This document shows, piece after piece, positions 11,791-24,479 of a DNA stretch of 64,000 bases (the stretch's first letter is position 1; the number at the start of each line of letters is the position of its first letter). The DNA is from Takakia lepidozioides (lineage: Eukaryota > Plantae > Bryophyta). Under the pieces are notes generated by a model. That model made no database searches. It saw only the letters and a list, made by a program, of their open reading frames with translations, and was not told where the DNA came from. Made by a program: the position numbers and the translations under genes. The DNA lies in the NCBI GenBank assembly GCA_030704615.1, contig CM060734.1, positions 20,770,001 to 20,834,000 on the forward strand, read 5' to 3'.

Positions 11791-13611
11791 ATAGGAGTGC
11801 CTGCGGTGGATGCAGGTGCAGGTGCAGGTTCAGAATATGAATCTAGTATTCCAAACCATAAGCCGCAATAGGTTCTCTACCAGGTTACCTTGTGGAAAGG
11901 AGGATTACAGACGAGTTGATCGCCGGTTTGACTGTGAGTTTTCATCACGGAGGTGCCACCAGTTGCTGAGGAGAGTGCCAGTACAAGCACCAGCGATACT
12001 AGTGGGTATACAAGACAAGGTGTGCGGTTTAGGCCACCTTCACCTTCAGTGTCTTCTGAGGAAGGTTCAGACTCAGAGTTAGGAGGATTCTCGCCGAGGG
12101 TGCAAGCCATTTCCGTGCCATTGTTGTGGGATAAAATGGAGGAAATGTATGGAGCTACCAAGGGGCCACGTCGGTACTCGGGAGTTGTGGGCACCATCGA
12201 GCTTGATGATTTCATACAGGAGTTTGATAGTTGGTGTGATTTGCAGCAGATGCGCAATCCACAACTGTTTACGCCTTTTATGGCGTGGAAGGGGCTGTTT
12301 CAGCACCTTGAGGGGCCGCCTATGGATGACTACCATGAGTTTAGGCGGGGAAATGAGGTGGAGATTGAGGAGTGGCGACAATATTGGTCACCTGACTATG
12401 TCTCCATCACTAGAGGCACAAGGGCAGCGGCGATACCAGCTACACCAACATCCCCAACTGCAAGCACTAGTAGTGGGACAAGTAAAGATGGAGCTGGGAA
12501 ATCCACTCAAGCTCCTGTTGCAGCACCAGCACCCGTGCCTGCCTTTAACCCAGTTATGGAGTTCTTTGAGGAGTTGAGGAGAAACTACTAGGGAATAAGG
12601 ACGGAGAAATTGCGGAGCTTGCAAGAGTTCCAGCGCAAGCCTACTGAGAGTTTGAGAGAGGCTTACACGCGCATGAGGCGATTGATAAATGTAACCCAAG
12701 GGGTTACGGAAGCTCAAGCAGTCCAATTCTGGTATGGGATATTGGACAAGGAGCTAAGGAGAAGGGTGCGGGATGCAACTCTCCTACAAGTAGACCAACC
12801 CACCTTAGCAAACGTGTTTTTGCTGGCAGAGCGGATAGAGCTCAATATGGTGGAGGAACGAGTGGTCATGGTGGGGTTTGGTAAGGAGACACAACGAAGT
12901 GGGGCTCCTAGCCAACAACAACCACTACCCCAACGTGCTCAAGGCAACAAGGGGGTTCAGGCGAAGCCCAGGGAAGGACAGAGAGGATCTCAATTGTAGA
13001 GGTCACTTCCTTCATTCTCAGGCCAACAACAGTCGGGTGGGACATGTTGGGATTGTGGAGGACCCCATGTTAAGAGAGATTGCCCGGAGAGAGGCAAAGG
13101 GCCGGCACAGTCACAGCCTACACAACTACAGTATGGGCATTGTGGCAAGTATGGGCATGAAGAGGCCCATTGTTATGACTTGCATCCTGAGCTACGGCCA
13201 GGCCAGTTCCAAGGGAAAAATGGTGGCCGAGGACGAGGCAATGTAGTCCAGAGAGGTAGAGGAGGCAGAAGTCGCGGTGGAGGTTGTAACCAAAACCAAG
13301 GAGCACAAGGTCAAGGTCAAGGTCATGACCAAGGCATGGTGGATAGGCTTGCCCAACTAGAGCAACGTCTTGCTGCCATGGCCACTACTAATGTGGCGTC
13401 AGCTCCAAGGCCTGAGGTTCAAGCCCCACCTGTACAACCTCCTATGCCTAGGGAAGACCAGATTGGTATGGGCTTCATGTGTGGAGCCGCACTTGCTGGA
13501 CCATTGCATGTGGACTGTGCAGCTGCTGTCACTCGAGCAGCAACGCGTGCTCCTGAGCCAAGAGGAGCAGATGTGGATTTTGATCCACAAAGAAGGGAAG
13601 CAAGTCGATAG
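11791..13611 (+). pseudogene. B2 gag with two zinc knuckles
   Basis: The frame-1 reading extends upstream to about 11791 through stop codons that look CGA/CAG-derived. Knuckles CWDCGGPHVKRDC and HCGKYGHEEAHC. Confidence 0.75.
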
Positions 13612-14050
13612 ACAAGGCTTCCACAGTCTTTCACATTGGCTGAGACAGTGCCAACTACGCCATCGATGGTACCGGCTCACCCAAGTGTGTCAGAGGTAGA
13701 GCCACGAGTATCAGTGGGGATAGTTGGTATGGCTCGGGAAATGCCAGTGGGTGGTGCTGTAAAGCAGGGTGCAGCCAGTACGTTGTTGGGCGGCTACGCG
13801 GTTTTGCCAAGCTCCATTGTTTTCTGCGATGACCATTGCAATGCCGGGGATTCGGCCAGCTGCTGTGTTCAGACTAGCAGCTAGACTCTGTGAGAGTGGT
13901 GATGCATCGGCACTATCTGCGGGGATAGCGGATAATGTGCAGTGCATGGATATCATGGACTCAAGGGTGAAGACAGCCACAGCTGCACCATAGCAAGCGG
14001 CAGCTGCAAGGTTGCAGGAGATGTCAGCTAGACCAGCCATTGAGCGTAGT

Positions 14051-14724
14051 ATGGTGACTCCTGGGGTAGTCATGGTGGACAATCAGGATGGTATGTTTTA
14101 GTTGGGTGGCCCAGCCGGGAAGAGGTTTAGGCCACTGCGGGTCTTGTTGGACTCGGGAGCACAACCATTGATGTTGGGAAGAGCAGCAATTGTAGGCTTA
14201 GGCCTTACAGAGGTAGATTTGGAGCCTTGTCCTTTCCACATTCAAACATCTTTGGGCGGTTCAGAGAAGGCACGAGGGATTACACGCAATGAGCTCTTCA
14301 TTCGATTGCAGCCGACCATCCTACGGACGGCTCAGTCATGAGAGCTAAAGCCATTGTTACGGACGCGATGTCTTATGATGTGCTTATTGGTGGGGCTGTG
14401 TTATACCCCATGGGCTTTACTTTGGACTTTTGGGAGGAAACGGCATCCTATATGGCAGAATGGCAGTTAGGAGATGGCCGACGTGCACTGCTCCCAGTGC
14501 GGTTTATTGGGAATGTAGCGGTGGATCATAGGAACATGATGCCCACATTGGCTGCATTATCAGGGGTGGCGGCTTGGGGTGGTGAGCTCTTGGAGGGCAA
14601 TAGCTATGCAGATGATAGGCCATCACCTGATGAGGACAAACAATTGGCATACAAGGCTGATTTGCTTCCTCATGTGCCTGTGCATATTCCACTTGGGGTA
14701 CGGTTGGGAATTTGCATCGAGTAG
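14051..14724 (+). pseudogene. B2 aspartic protease region
   Basis: Motifs RVLLDSGAQPLMLG and SYDVLIG. Confidence 0.85.
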
Positions 14725-14859
14725 CAGGCGAGTGTGTGCACCAAGCATGGCGGAGGCCTTTCCATTGGTGAGTGTGGGGAGTTCAGTGACATCACCTGAA
14801 CCTCCTGAGTTAGCTCCTTTGGACACAGTGCCCATTACTTGGCAACCACCTGACTCAGG

Positions 14860-15815
14860 GATTTATTTGCTAGACCTGTTTGGAGGCATGAGCACTGGGC
14901 TTGCAGAGTGTTGCAAGCAGGGATTAAAGTACGCAAGTATTTGTATAGTAGAAGGACTGAGATTGCTCGGCTATTTCCATGTGCCACATTTCCTGCCTCA
15001 CACACCGTATCTTGAAGAGTGTTGCCCTCTCAACAGTTCAAGGGTATCAAAGGCCTTGGCCCGCAGACATTACCTTGCTGGGAGCGGATATTTGGCAGCG
15101 GCAATGGTCATTACTTGTGAAACCGGATGTGCTTGCCAATACACTCTCCCGCAGTCATGGGAATGGCTTGCATTGATGCACGATCGCATTGTGTTTGTGG
15201 GGAGATGTTGCGAGTGTTGCGGGACTTGCAGACGAAGAATTGCAACCTCTAGGCTACATCTTAGAGAATGTTCCTCTTATGGGGGATTCTCGGGCCAGGT
15301 TATTGCCCTTGTGCATCATGTGCAGTCTTGGATTGGATCGGGCGGTGCTATTGATGCATCACGGTGGATCACGCGCGCATCGTCCTCGATTGTGGTGAAA
15401 CCAATCTTGCACCACCAGAGCTGCTCAAGAGAGCATACATTCCATTCATCGGCCACCCAATCTCACGGTTGAAGGCATTTTGGACCAAGGGAGACAACCA
15501 CAAGGGGTGCGACATGATACCGTTGGCCACCTCTAGCAGTGGTCAAATCGAGTGGGGGGCCAGCCACGGTTGGGGCTTTGCCTACGCGCATGAGCTTTCC
15601 CTCAGCGCATGCTTTTCGAGACAATGGTCCTGGATTGATTTGGACAGTGTGCTACAACCAATTGGTGGAGCCCAATGCGGATGAGCAGAGCGGCAATGGA
15701 ATTTGCCACCGGCACTACAGTATGCCAGCTCTGTCAGAGCATCACGCCGCCAAGTGTTTGGGTCAAGCAATGGACCTAAATTGCTTGACATGGGTCATTG
15801 GTTTGGTGCATGACT
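14860..15815 (+). pseudogene. B2 C5 cytosine methyltransferase domain (heavily frameshifted)
   Basis: Motifs IYLLDLFGGMSTGLA, PADIT, GYILENVPLMG, SRAHRPRLW, EPNADEQ and LGQAMDLNCLTWVI. Motif IV is garbled (GCACQ). Confidence 0.82.
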
Positions 15816-16289
15816 GAGGCAACGGAGATTGCAAGCATTGATGGCTACTCTGTCACTCCATTGGATATGCATCGCTCCTCCCTGCCTAACCGGACGGTGG
15901 AGGACAGTGAGTGGGGGCGAGCACAGGATCGTGGGTTGCAAATACCATGGCAGATGTTGGGATGAGATGCACAAGAGAGAGTCATTGGATCTCTCAAGCA
16001 GCAGTATGAGGAGTGGGGAGAGCCATGGACTGAGGATCAGTTGGAGGCCAAGGTGACCAAGGTTTTTGAAGAGGTTTGTAGGATGTTTCTTGCGCATAGG
16101 ATGTCTCAAGGTGGCTATGGCGGAAGCAAGTGGAGGCTACGCCATCAGTCAGATTGGGCGGACAAGCCCAAAAGGGTTGCTATCTAGCAACCAAGGATTC
16201 GTCTCCTACCTCCAAGCCTGGGTACCCAAGGTTGCAGTCACTGAGGACAATTGGGAACCAGATGTTGGATCTACAGTCACCCAAGAGAG

Positions 16290-19280
16290 AGACGGAGGAT
16301 CCAACAATTTTCTAAGGGCTTATAGAATTGCTTTGCCTTCAGTTTGAAGGATTGGGGAGTTTGAAAGGTCAGGAGTTCGTATTGATTTGGCAATGACACG
16401 CGCCAATCTTTCAAAGGCCCTACCGGTATAGTGACATGGAGAAGTCATTGATCCAGTCACGGACTTTGGAGTTGTTCAAAGCTAGATTGGTGGAGTTGTC
16501 AGATGGGGGTATGCCTCGCAACGGTGATGCCAGTTAAGAAGGATATCTAATGGCATTGGACAGAAAGAAGGATGTGTGGGGACTATCGTCCTGTGAACCG
16601 TCAGACTAAGTCCGATAGATATGCCATGCCAACTCCAAAGGAGATCTTGATACCATTGGGCATGCCAAGGTGTTTAGCACATTGGACTTGCGATCCGGTT
16701 ACCACCAGTTGCCATTCCATCAAAGGGCTGACAAACAAAAGACACATTCTGGGGATTGACCAACATGGGAAGGATTGTTTTACCAATGGCATTTCTTACC
16801 ATTTGGGTTGAAGAATGCTCCTGCAGAGTTTCAAAGGGTCATGGATAAGATTCTCGCGGGGCTAGACTTTGTCCGGTGCTATATTGATGACATCATTGTC
16901 TTTTAGTGCTACGGTTGAGGATCATGAGAGACACCTTCAGGTGGTGTTTCAGCGCTTGAGCGCACGAGGGTTGAAAACTGCACCCCGAAAGTGCAAGTTC
17001 TTCCACAATCAGAATTGTATCTGGGCCACATGATATACCCTGGAGGTTGGGTGTTCAATAGACAAAGGTGGAGGCCATTGGCATGGCATTCCACGCCCCA
17101 TGGATGTGAGCCATAGTTTCGTGTTTTCATGGGATTGACAAACTACTATCGACGGTTGGTCAAGGGATTTAGCAACATTGCAAAGGCTCTTACCAAGTTG
17201 ACAAAGGTGGGTCAGGAGTGGCAGTGGGGGAGGAGCAGGAGGAAGCCTTTGAGGAACTCAATGTTCGATTGACTTCTGCTGCACCTATGTTGAGGCGGCC
17301 TAGTTCGGGGGCGGTCTTTTCCATCTACATACGGATTTGAGTATGCTGGGGATTGGAGCAGTGCTCACACAGGTGGATGATGAAGGAAGGGGTTCGTAGT
17401 GGCATATGCTAGCCGCTCGAACAATGATGCCGAGGCGAAGTATAGTTTCCTATGAAGGGAGCGTCTAGCTGCAGTATGGGCATTGGCACATTTCAGATAT
17501 GGCAATCTCTTCAATCTCTTCACCCTTGTCACGGATCACCAACATTGAAGTGGTTGATGGAGTCAGACAAGCTTACAGGAAGCTTGCTCGGTGGGCTACT
17601 TATGCTTCAAGAGTACGACTTCCAGGTGGTGCATCGAGCCGGTATTGTCAATCGGATGCAGATGGATTGGGTCGTAATCCATGCACAGCGAGCATGATGA
17701 TATTGGAGCTCGTTGGCATGGTGAGACGGATGAAGATGGTGCCAGGATGGCATGCATCGGCCTTTTTTGTGCATTCTAGCAATGGGAGCTCAAGCTGGTT
17801 CATCCCATGCGATTGGTCATGTAGATAGCGTGCATGACAATCCAGAGACTAGTGAGAAGTTTTGGTGGTGCTAAGGATGTGCATGAAAGGCAACAGTGTT
17901 TGGCATACCTTCGTACCGGAGAGACAGCAGCTAGTGTGACTGCTAAGGAGAGAGATCCGGTCCTAACAACGAGCCAAGAGGTTCAAGTGGGAGGGGACTC
18001 ATCTACTCCGGGTATGGGAGGATGGACGAGTGGGATTGTGCCTCATCCAATACAACGAGTGCGATTGTACGCCATGCCCATGAGGAGTTGGACATTTTTG
18101 GTCGGCGCACTCATAGTTTGCTGCAAGGGCAGTAATTGGTGGCGGGGCATGCACACGGATGTGCAACCAGTTAGTGGCAAGGTGCATGGTGTGTGATAGA
18201 GTACGGGCTTCTTTCAACGCTCCTACTCCACAATTGCATCCTTTACACCATTATGGGTTTGGGCTATCGTTGGAGTCCTGACTTTTCAGGCCCATTGCCA
18301 CTGACAATCGCCATAACAAGTATGTGCTGGTGATGGTGGAACACTTCTCCAAATGCATTGAACTGGTGGCATTGCCTGACAAGGCAAGTGAGGGGGTTGC
18401 GTATGCATTCTTAGATTGAGTGCTTAGCCATTTTAGTGCTCTAGCCGAGGTACTCACGGACCAGGGGAGAGAGTTCTTGGGGGAGTTTCAGGCTTTGTGT
18501 GAGCAAGCCTTGATAGATCACCGCACTACTTCTTGGGATCATCCTGAGGCTGATGGCTTGCGGAGAGAGTTGTTCAGACAGTCAAGAGAGGTTTGCGCAA
18601 GTACGGTTTGCAGAAGGGACACCTAGGAGATTGGGACCTGCAACTGCCTTGGCTAGCTATGGGCTATAGGTTCAGCAAACAAGCTTCACTTGCCTCCTTC
18701 TCACCTTACTTTTCTTTCTTTCGGCCGAGAGCCGGATTTGCCTGCATCTATGATCCGGATGTGTGGAACAAGCATGTGCCCAGCGAGCAGAGTTGTTCAA
18801 GAGAGTCATGCCTATGGCTTTTGAGAACCTTGCATTGCCCAACACTGAGACACATTGAGGTACGTCACTATACGTGGAGGGGGATATTGGCCAAGTGTTT
18901 GGCGTTTCCACCCTGGGGACTATGTGTATCTGTAGCAGACAACGCCTACGACCTTGGATGTCACAGCAGGACGTGTGATTCTAAGGGTTAGGGAGGTGTT
19001 GCCTTCAGGAGTGTTGATTCAGGAGGGTCGAGATGGCATGGTATGGAAGGACCATATGCGCAATTGTGCGCCATGTCACCTTCCACATGTGGATGTGAAG
19101 ATAGATTCTAACCTTGCAGTGGTACCTGCAGGGTTGCGTTGCATGCTATGTGGGCATGCTGGTGGCGCCGCAACCATGTTGGTGTGTGACAAATGCTCAA
19201 GGGGGTGGCACATGGATGCTTGACACCGCCACTTGAGGAGGTTCCTATCGGAGAATGGTTTTGTCCACGATGCCTTGGAC
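16290..19280 (+). pseudogene. B2 RT - RNase H - integrase - PHD finger (many indels)
   Basis: Motifs [37 protein letters not shown] and LRCMLCGHAGGAATMLVCDKCSRGWH...EWFCPRC. Confidence 0.85.
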
Positions 19281-19540
19281 AGAGGCAGTGGGCATGACAA
19301 TGGTGAGGCGCAAGTGACCCAAGGTCTACTAGTGGGGCTTCAATGCCACGGATACTCACTGAAGATCATGGATTGTATGAAGGCGACTAAGATGGGACTA
19401 ACGTTTGCACCCGGCCACTTGATCTATCGACTTCAGGTGTTGGGACTTGTGCGATTGAAGACCAAGCGATGATCTTATTGGGGTAGATACTTGCAAGCTA
19501 TCCGGTGTTAGAGGGACCTAATCACCAGCTAGGGGGCGAT

Positions 19541-19626
19541 TGTGGCGTGGCTTTCTTAGGACTATATGCTAGAAGTGTGGTTGGGACAGCGATGTATGTT
19601 GTGGCACGATGCTTAGGTGCACGACA
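19541..19626 (+). repeat. Repeat X copy 1 (~86 bp, TG...CA), directly after the PPT
   Basis: Sequence tgtggcgtgg...gtgcacgaca recurs at 19977-20061. Confidence 0.85.
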
Positions 19627-19628
19627 GC

Positions 19629-19975
19629 TATCATGGTTTTATTTGTGATTAGTTAGAACTAGTTATTTCTAACTAATTAGGATATTATACATTTATATTT
19701 GTATTTTGTTGGCATTGGGACTTCATTTGGTTCCATGTGCCAAGTGAGGTGGCGAACCTCACTTGGGACGTGGGGAGGTTATCTCCACGTGAGACGTAGG
19801 CAGGCTCGTCTTCTTCTAGTCGAGCCTCCCGAGGCCTCTCTCGCCGCCATAGCTCTAGTACTTGAGATGGAGAGTGGGTGAGGTCTGTATGGTGGAGTCC
19901 TTTAGCAAGGTGCCATTGGCTTGACTTATATAACGTGATAGAGTGGTTTCTCCTCTTTTCACCATTTCTGTATCA
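19629..19975 (+). repeat. Internal copy of the 5'-terminal repeat C of B2
   Basis: Matches the sequence from 9227 onward and the reverse complement of about 30598-30944. Contains TATATAA near 19927. Confidence 0.85.
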
Positions 19976-19976
19976 T

Positions 19977-20061
19977 TGTGGCGTGGCTTTCTAGGACTAT
20001 ATGCTAGGAAGTGTGGTTGGACAGCGATGTATGTTGTGGCATGATGCTTAGGTGCACGACA
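19977..20061 (+). repeat. Repeat X copy 2, the 3' terminus of B2
   Basis: Direct repeat of 19541-19626, followed by the TSD CGGA. Confidence 0.85.
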
Positions 20062-22457
20062 CGGACAAACAGAAGACGGCATTCTGGGGGAAGAACGCTT
20101 GAGAGCGCACAGATTGAAATTACATCCAGGGAAGTGCAAGTTCTTTCACAACTAGATTGAGTATCTGGGCCACATGATATATCCTGGAGGATTGGGGATG
20201 CAGCAGACTAAGGTAGAGCCATCGCACAGATTCCACGCCCCACGGATGTGAGCCGAGTTCGAGCTTTCATGGGGTTGGCGAACTACTATAGACGGTTCGT
20301 CAAGGGATTTAGTGCTATTGCAAAGGCTCTAACCAGCTGACCAAGGTAGACCAAGAGTGGCAGTGGGAAGATGAGCAAGAGCGAGCTTTTCAGGAGCTCA
20401 AGGCGAGGTTGACCTCGACGCCCATCTTGAGACGACCTATCAGGGGGCGTCCCTATCAGCTGCATACAGATTGGAGCATGCTGGGGCTTGGAGCGGTGCT
20501 CACACAGGTGGATGATGAGGGAAGAGAGTTCGTAGTGGCTTATGCTAGCCGCTCAAACAACGCTGCAGAATCTAAGTATAGCTCATATGAGGGGGAGTGC
20601 TTAGCTGTAGTGTGGGCCATGACACACTTCAGGTGCTATCTATACGGCAATCTCTTCACCTTTGTCACGGATCACCAGCCACTCAAGTGGTTGATGGAGT
20701 CAGACAAGCTTACGGGGAAGCTTGCACGGTGGGCACTTATACTCCAGGAGTATGACTTTCAGGTTGTGCATCGACCGGGTTTGGTCAATAGGGATGCGGA
20801 TGGATTGAGTCGCAATCCATGCACAAGCCAGCATGATGACACTGGAGCTCGGTGGCATGGTGAGACGGATGAGAAGATGGTGCCGGGATGGCATGCATCT
20901 GTTTTTTTTTGTATTTTGGCATCGGGAGGTCAGGTTGGACCTACAATAGGGATGACTGTAGACGGAGTGTCTGAGGACCCTAAGGCTAGTGATGAGCCAG
21001 GTGGTGCCAGAGATATACATGAGGATTCGGTTGTGTTGGACTACCTCTGCACTGGAGACACGGTAGCTAGTGTGACTGCCAAGGAGAGGGATCGGATCCT
21101 GCAACGAGCCAAGAGGTTCAAGTGGGAGGGGATACACCTGCTTCGAGTGTGGGAGGATGGTTGGGTGAGGATCGTGCCTCACCCAACACAGCGTGCACGA
21201 TTAGTGCGGCATGCCCATGAGGAGTTGGGGCATTTTGGAGTGCGACGCACTCATAGTTTACTGCAAGGGCAGTATTGGTGGCGTGGTATGCACACATAGG
21301 TGCAACAGTTCGTGGCTAGGTGCATGGTGTGTGACAGGGTGCATGCTTCATTCAACGGCCCTACACCATAGTTGCATCATTTACCCATCATGGGATTGGG
21401 CTACAGGTGGAGTCTTGACTTCGCAGGGCCGTTGCCACTGACGATGCGCCACCACAGATATGTGTTGCTGATGGTGGAGCACTTCTCCAAGTGGATTGAG
21501 TTGGTTCCATTGCCTGACAAGGCTAGTGAGGGGGCTGCGTATGCATTCCTGGATCGTGTGCTTAGCTGATTCGGTGCTCCAGCTGAGGTACTCACGGACC
21601 AAGGAAGAGAGTTCTTTGGGGAGTTTCAGGCTTTATGTGATAAAGCCTTGATAGACCACCGTACCACTTCTCGGGATCATCCTGAGGCCGATGGCTTGGC
21701 AGAGAGAGTGGTACAGACGGTGAAGAGGGGCTTGCGCAAGTATGGCTTGCAAAAGGGACACCTAGGAGATTGGGATCTTCAGGTACCTTGGTTAGCCATG
21801 GGCTACAGGTTTAGCAAGCAAGCATCACTTGCCTCCTTCTCACCATATTTCCTTCTCTTTGGCCGAGAGCCGGATTTGCCTGCATCTATTCGCAGGGAGG
21901 CTGCAGTAGTCCTCAACCTTGATGATCCGGATGTGTGGACACAAGCATGTGCCCAGCAGGCAGAGTTGTTCAAGAGAGTCATGCCTATGGCTTTTGAGAA
22001 TCTTGCTATTGCCCAACACCGAGACACATTGAGGTATGCCACTATACGTGGAGGGGGATATCGGCCAGGTGTTCGGCGTTTCCACCCTGGGGACTATGTG
22101 TATCTGCAGCAGACAATGCCTACGACCTTGGATGTTACAGCAGGACGTGTGATTCTAAGGGTCAGGGAGGTGTTGCCTTCAGGAGTGTTGATTCGGGAGG
22201 GTCGAGATGGCATGGTATGGAAGGACCATGTGCGTGATTGTGCGCCATGTCACCTTCCACATGTGGATGGGAGGATAGATCCCAACCTTGCAGTGGTACC
22301 TGCAGGGTTGCGTTGCATGCTATGTGGGCATGCTCGTTGTGCCGCCACTATGCTGGTGTGTGATCGATGCTCAAGAGGTTGGCACATGGGATGCTTGACA
22401 CCACCTCTTGAGAGGGTCCCTGATGGAGATTGGTTATGTCCACACTGCTTGGGATAG
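20062..22457 (+). pseudogene. B1 RT tail (catalytic core deleted near 20090), RNase H, integrase and C-terminal PHD finger
   Basis: KTAFWG jumps directly to RLKLHPGKCKF. Then LHTDWS, AYASRS, EGECLAV, HEELGHFG...CMVC, SLDFAGP, LTDQG, GLAER and a C4HC3 PHD at 22314-22448. Confidence 0.9.
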
Positions 22458-22718
22458 TGGCAGTGGATATGACTAGTGGCAGCTAACAAGACATGGGAGG
22501 CCAAGCTCATAGGAGTCAATACCCGAGATCTCAGGCTCAAGTTCATAGGTTGCAAGACGGCGACTAACGATGGGGTAACTCTTGTACCCGGCCTCTCGAT
22601 CTATCGAGTTTGAGTGTAGTAGGGACAGTGGTGGAGGACTTAGTGAGGCTATGGCCACTATCACATCTTGTGACTACCTGGACTTAGAGGGACCTAAGCG
22701 CGAGCTAGGGGGGGTGAT

Positions 22719-22948
22719 TGTGATGGACTAGTGGCTGCACTAGTGGTGGACTAGTGGTTGCACTAGTGGTGGCTAGTGACAGCCTAGTGGTGGGCTAGTG
22801 GCTGCACTAGTGGTGACTAGTGGTTGTCTAGTGGCAGCCTAGTGGTGCACTAGTGGTGGACTAGTGATAGACTAGTGTTTGGTGTGCACATGTGTTGTGT
22901 GGTTTTGGACAGCGATGTAGTTATGTAGCGATATGTATGTGCACGATA
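22719..22948 (+). repeat. 3' terminal repeat/LTR of B1 containing a CTAGTGG array
   Basis: Follows the PPT AGGGGGGGTG (22707-22716). Its 3' part (ggacagcgatgta...gtgcacgata) is homologous to repeat X. Confidence 0.75.
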
Positions 22949-23919
22949 GATCAATGGTCTTACAATAATCTCTCATTCCCTCTCTCTCATCCCAGGTTTA
23001 TTTCTCTCGAGATCGGATCAAACTATCATGGGCACTCTCAAAGATTGCTTGCCCTTGGCAGATGCAAAAGAGCACCAGAAGTGCAGAGCGTGTGAGGTTT
23101 TTCTTGATAGCTCGTATGTTGGAGGTAGTTCGATTTAAGTTACTCCAGTCCTGATCATGAAGACGACAACAGGAAGAGCTGTAGGTCGCAAGGGCAGGGC
23201 AGGTTCATCGGGCGCCACCGCTTTGAGCAACACGAGTTATCTACAAGAGTTGATTAAGAAAACAACGGATGTGGGCATATTGAAGAAGGAGTCTCATTTC
23301 TTCCTAAAGACGGTTTTTCAAAGCTCGATGGCCTAGCGCCCCCACCGGGAGAGAGGGAGAGAGGGAAGATATATTTGTCATGTCAAGACAAAGACAAAGA
23401 CAAGACCACTAGGGTCTTTGTCAATAAAAGAAGAGACATGTCAGCCACTTTATAGTGGCACCATCCATCAATCATCAAACTGGAACATCAAACTAGAATT
23501 TCCTTCATACACCATATTAAAATTAAAATCATAGGTAAGGGTGGGATGGTGGGCTCTCATCCACACCATGCATTCATACCTGCAGCTGCAAATCACAGTA
23601 CATGATATAGCAAAAACACCACATTTACACCACATCTGACCATGTTTTTACACCATGCCAGGGGAGAGGTCTCTTTCAAACTTCCTAGCTGCTTCAAAAA
23701 ACCAGTAACCATTAATGACAAAGCAAAGAGCTTGAGACAAAGCAAAACAAGGCCTACAAACTGATGTGTGTGTCCCACACGAACAACCATAATCTTTGCC
23801 GTCATTGCCAGGTTTGTTATCAAGCTGAAAGCCAAGTAAACCAGGGCCAAAAAACTGATGTGTGTGTCCCACAAACCATCATAATCTCTGCCATCATTGT
23901 AAGGTTAACCAGGGCCTAA

Positions 23920-24415
23920 AAACTGCTGTCCTCAAGGGTCTACCCACTCTCGGCACTAGACGGATTTTAAACTTAGGGCGGGAAGCCTACCTTTGAACAA
24001 CAAACAGAAGCAGAGAGGAAAGGGAGAGTGCAATTGCCCGTTGTGTGGGCAACCCGAAGACAATATTCATTTCCTGATTCACTGTCCGGGGTTCTCTCAC
24101 CAGAGAGACGCTCTCCTCAAATCTATCAAGGGAATTGTGCCTGTATCTCTGTTTACCAACTTTGAAAGTCTCGAGGCTGAGCCAAAAGCCCAGGCCCTTA
24201 TGGGGCCTAGTTATTGGGCAAACCACACACACTAGATTGATGCTTGTGTGAAGGGATTTCTAGAGAATATCTGGAAAACCCGTATCAATGTTTTACGTCA
24301 AGGTAAGTCTTACTACCGACATCAGCCCCTAACAGAGGTAGGTTTTGTCCCTTTGTGTTCCGCTCAAACTGGGTGTGGGGTCAATGGCCACAAGGCTACG
24401 ACAAAATACGTCTTA
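23920..24415 (+). mobile_element. 3' fragment of a non-LTR retrotransposon ORF2 (RTE/RTEX-like CCHC region)
   Basis: Reads FKLRAGSLPLN...CPLCGQPEDNIHFLIHCP and ends at a microsatellite. Confidence 0.6.
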
Positions 24416-24421
24416 TGTGTG

Positions 24422-24431
24422 CACACACACA

Positions 24432-24475
<44 letters not shown>
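24422..24475. repeat. (CA)n(CT)n compound microsatellite
   Basis: Directly visible. Confidence 0.95.

Positions 24476-24479
<4 letters not shown>

Larger units (their letters stand above)
9227..20061 (+). mobile_element. Family B copy 2 (Gypsy with C5 MTase and PHD), nested in the RT of B1
   Basis: TG...CA termini flanked by CGGA (9223-9226 and 20062-20065). Carries the complete but degenerate domain series, with a PPT at about 19529-19540. Confidence 0.8.
1..22948 (+). mobile_element. Ty3/Gypsy retrotransposon, family B copy 1 (Gag-PR-C5 MTase-RT-RH-INT-PHD); 5' end outside the window; interrupted by chromovirus A1 (796..6640) and by B2 (9227..20061)
   Basis: Segments 1-795, 6641-9226 and 20062-22948 are colinear with B2. 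The RT reading LPIKEA|DKQKTAFWG is restored across the B2 insertion. A PPT and a terminal repeat lie at 22707-22948. Confidence 0.85.

Noticed and set aside
14300-19300. Extreme indel density as programmed frameshifting or editing
   Set aside because: The indels are scattered and hit catalytic motifs; decay or low consensus accuracy is a simpler explanation.
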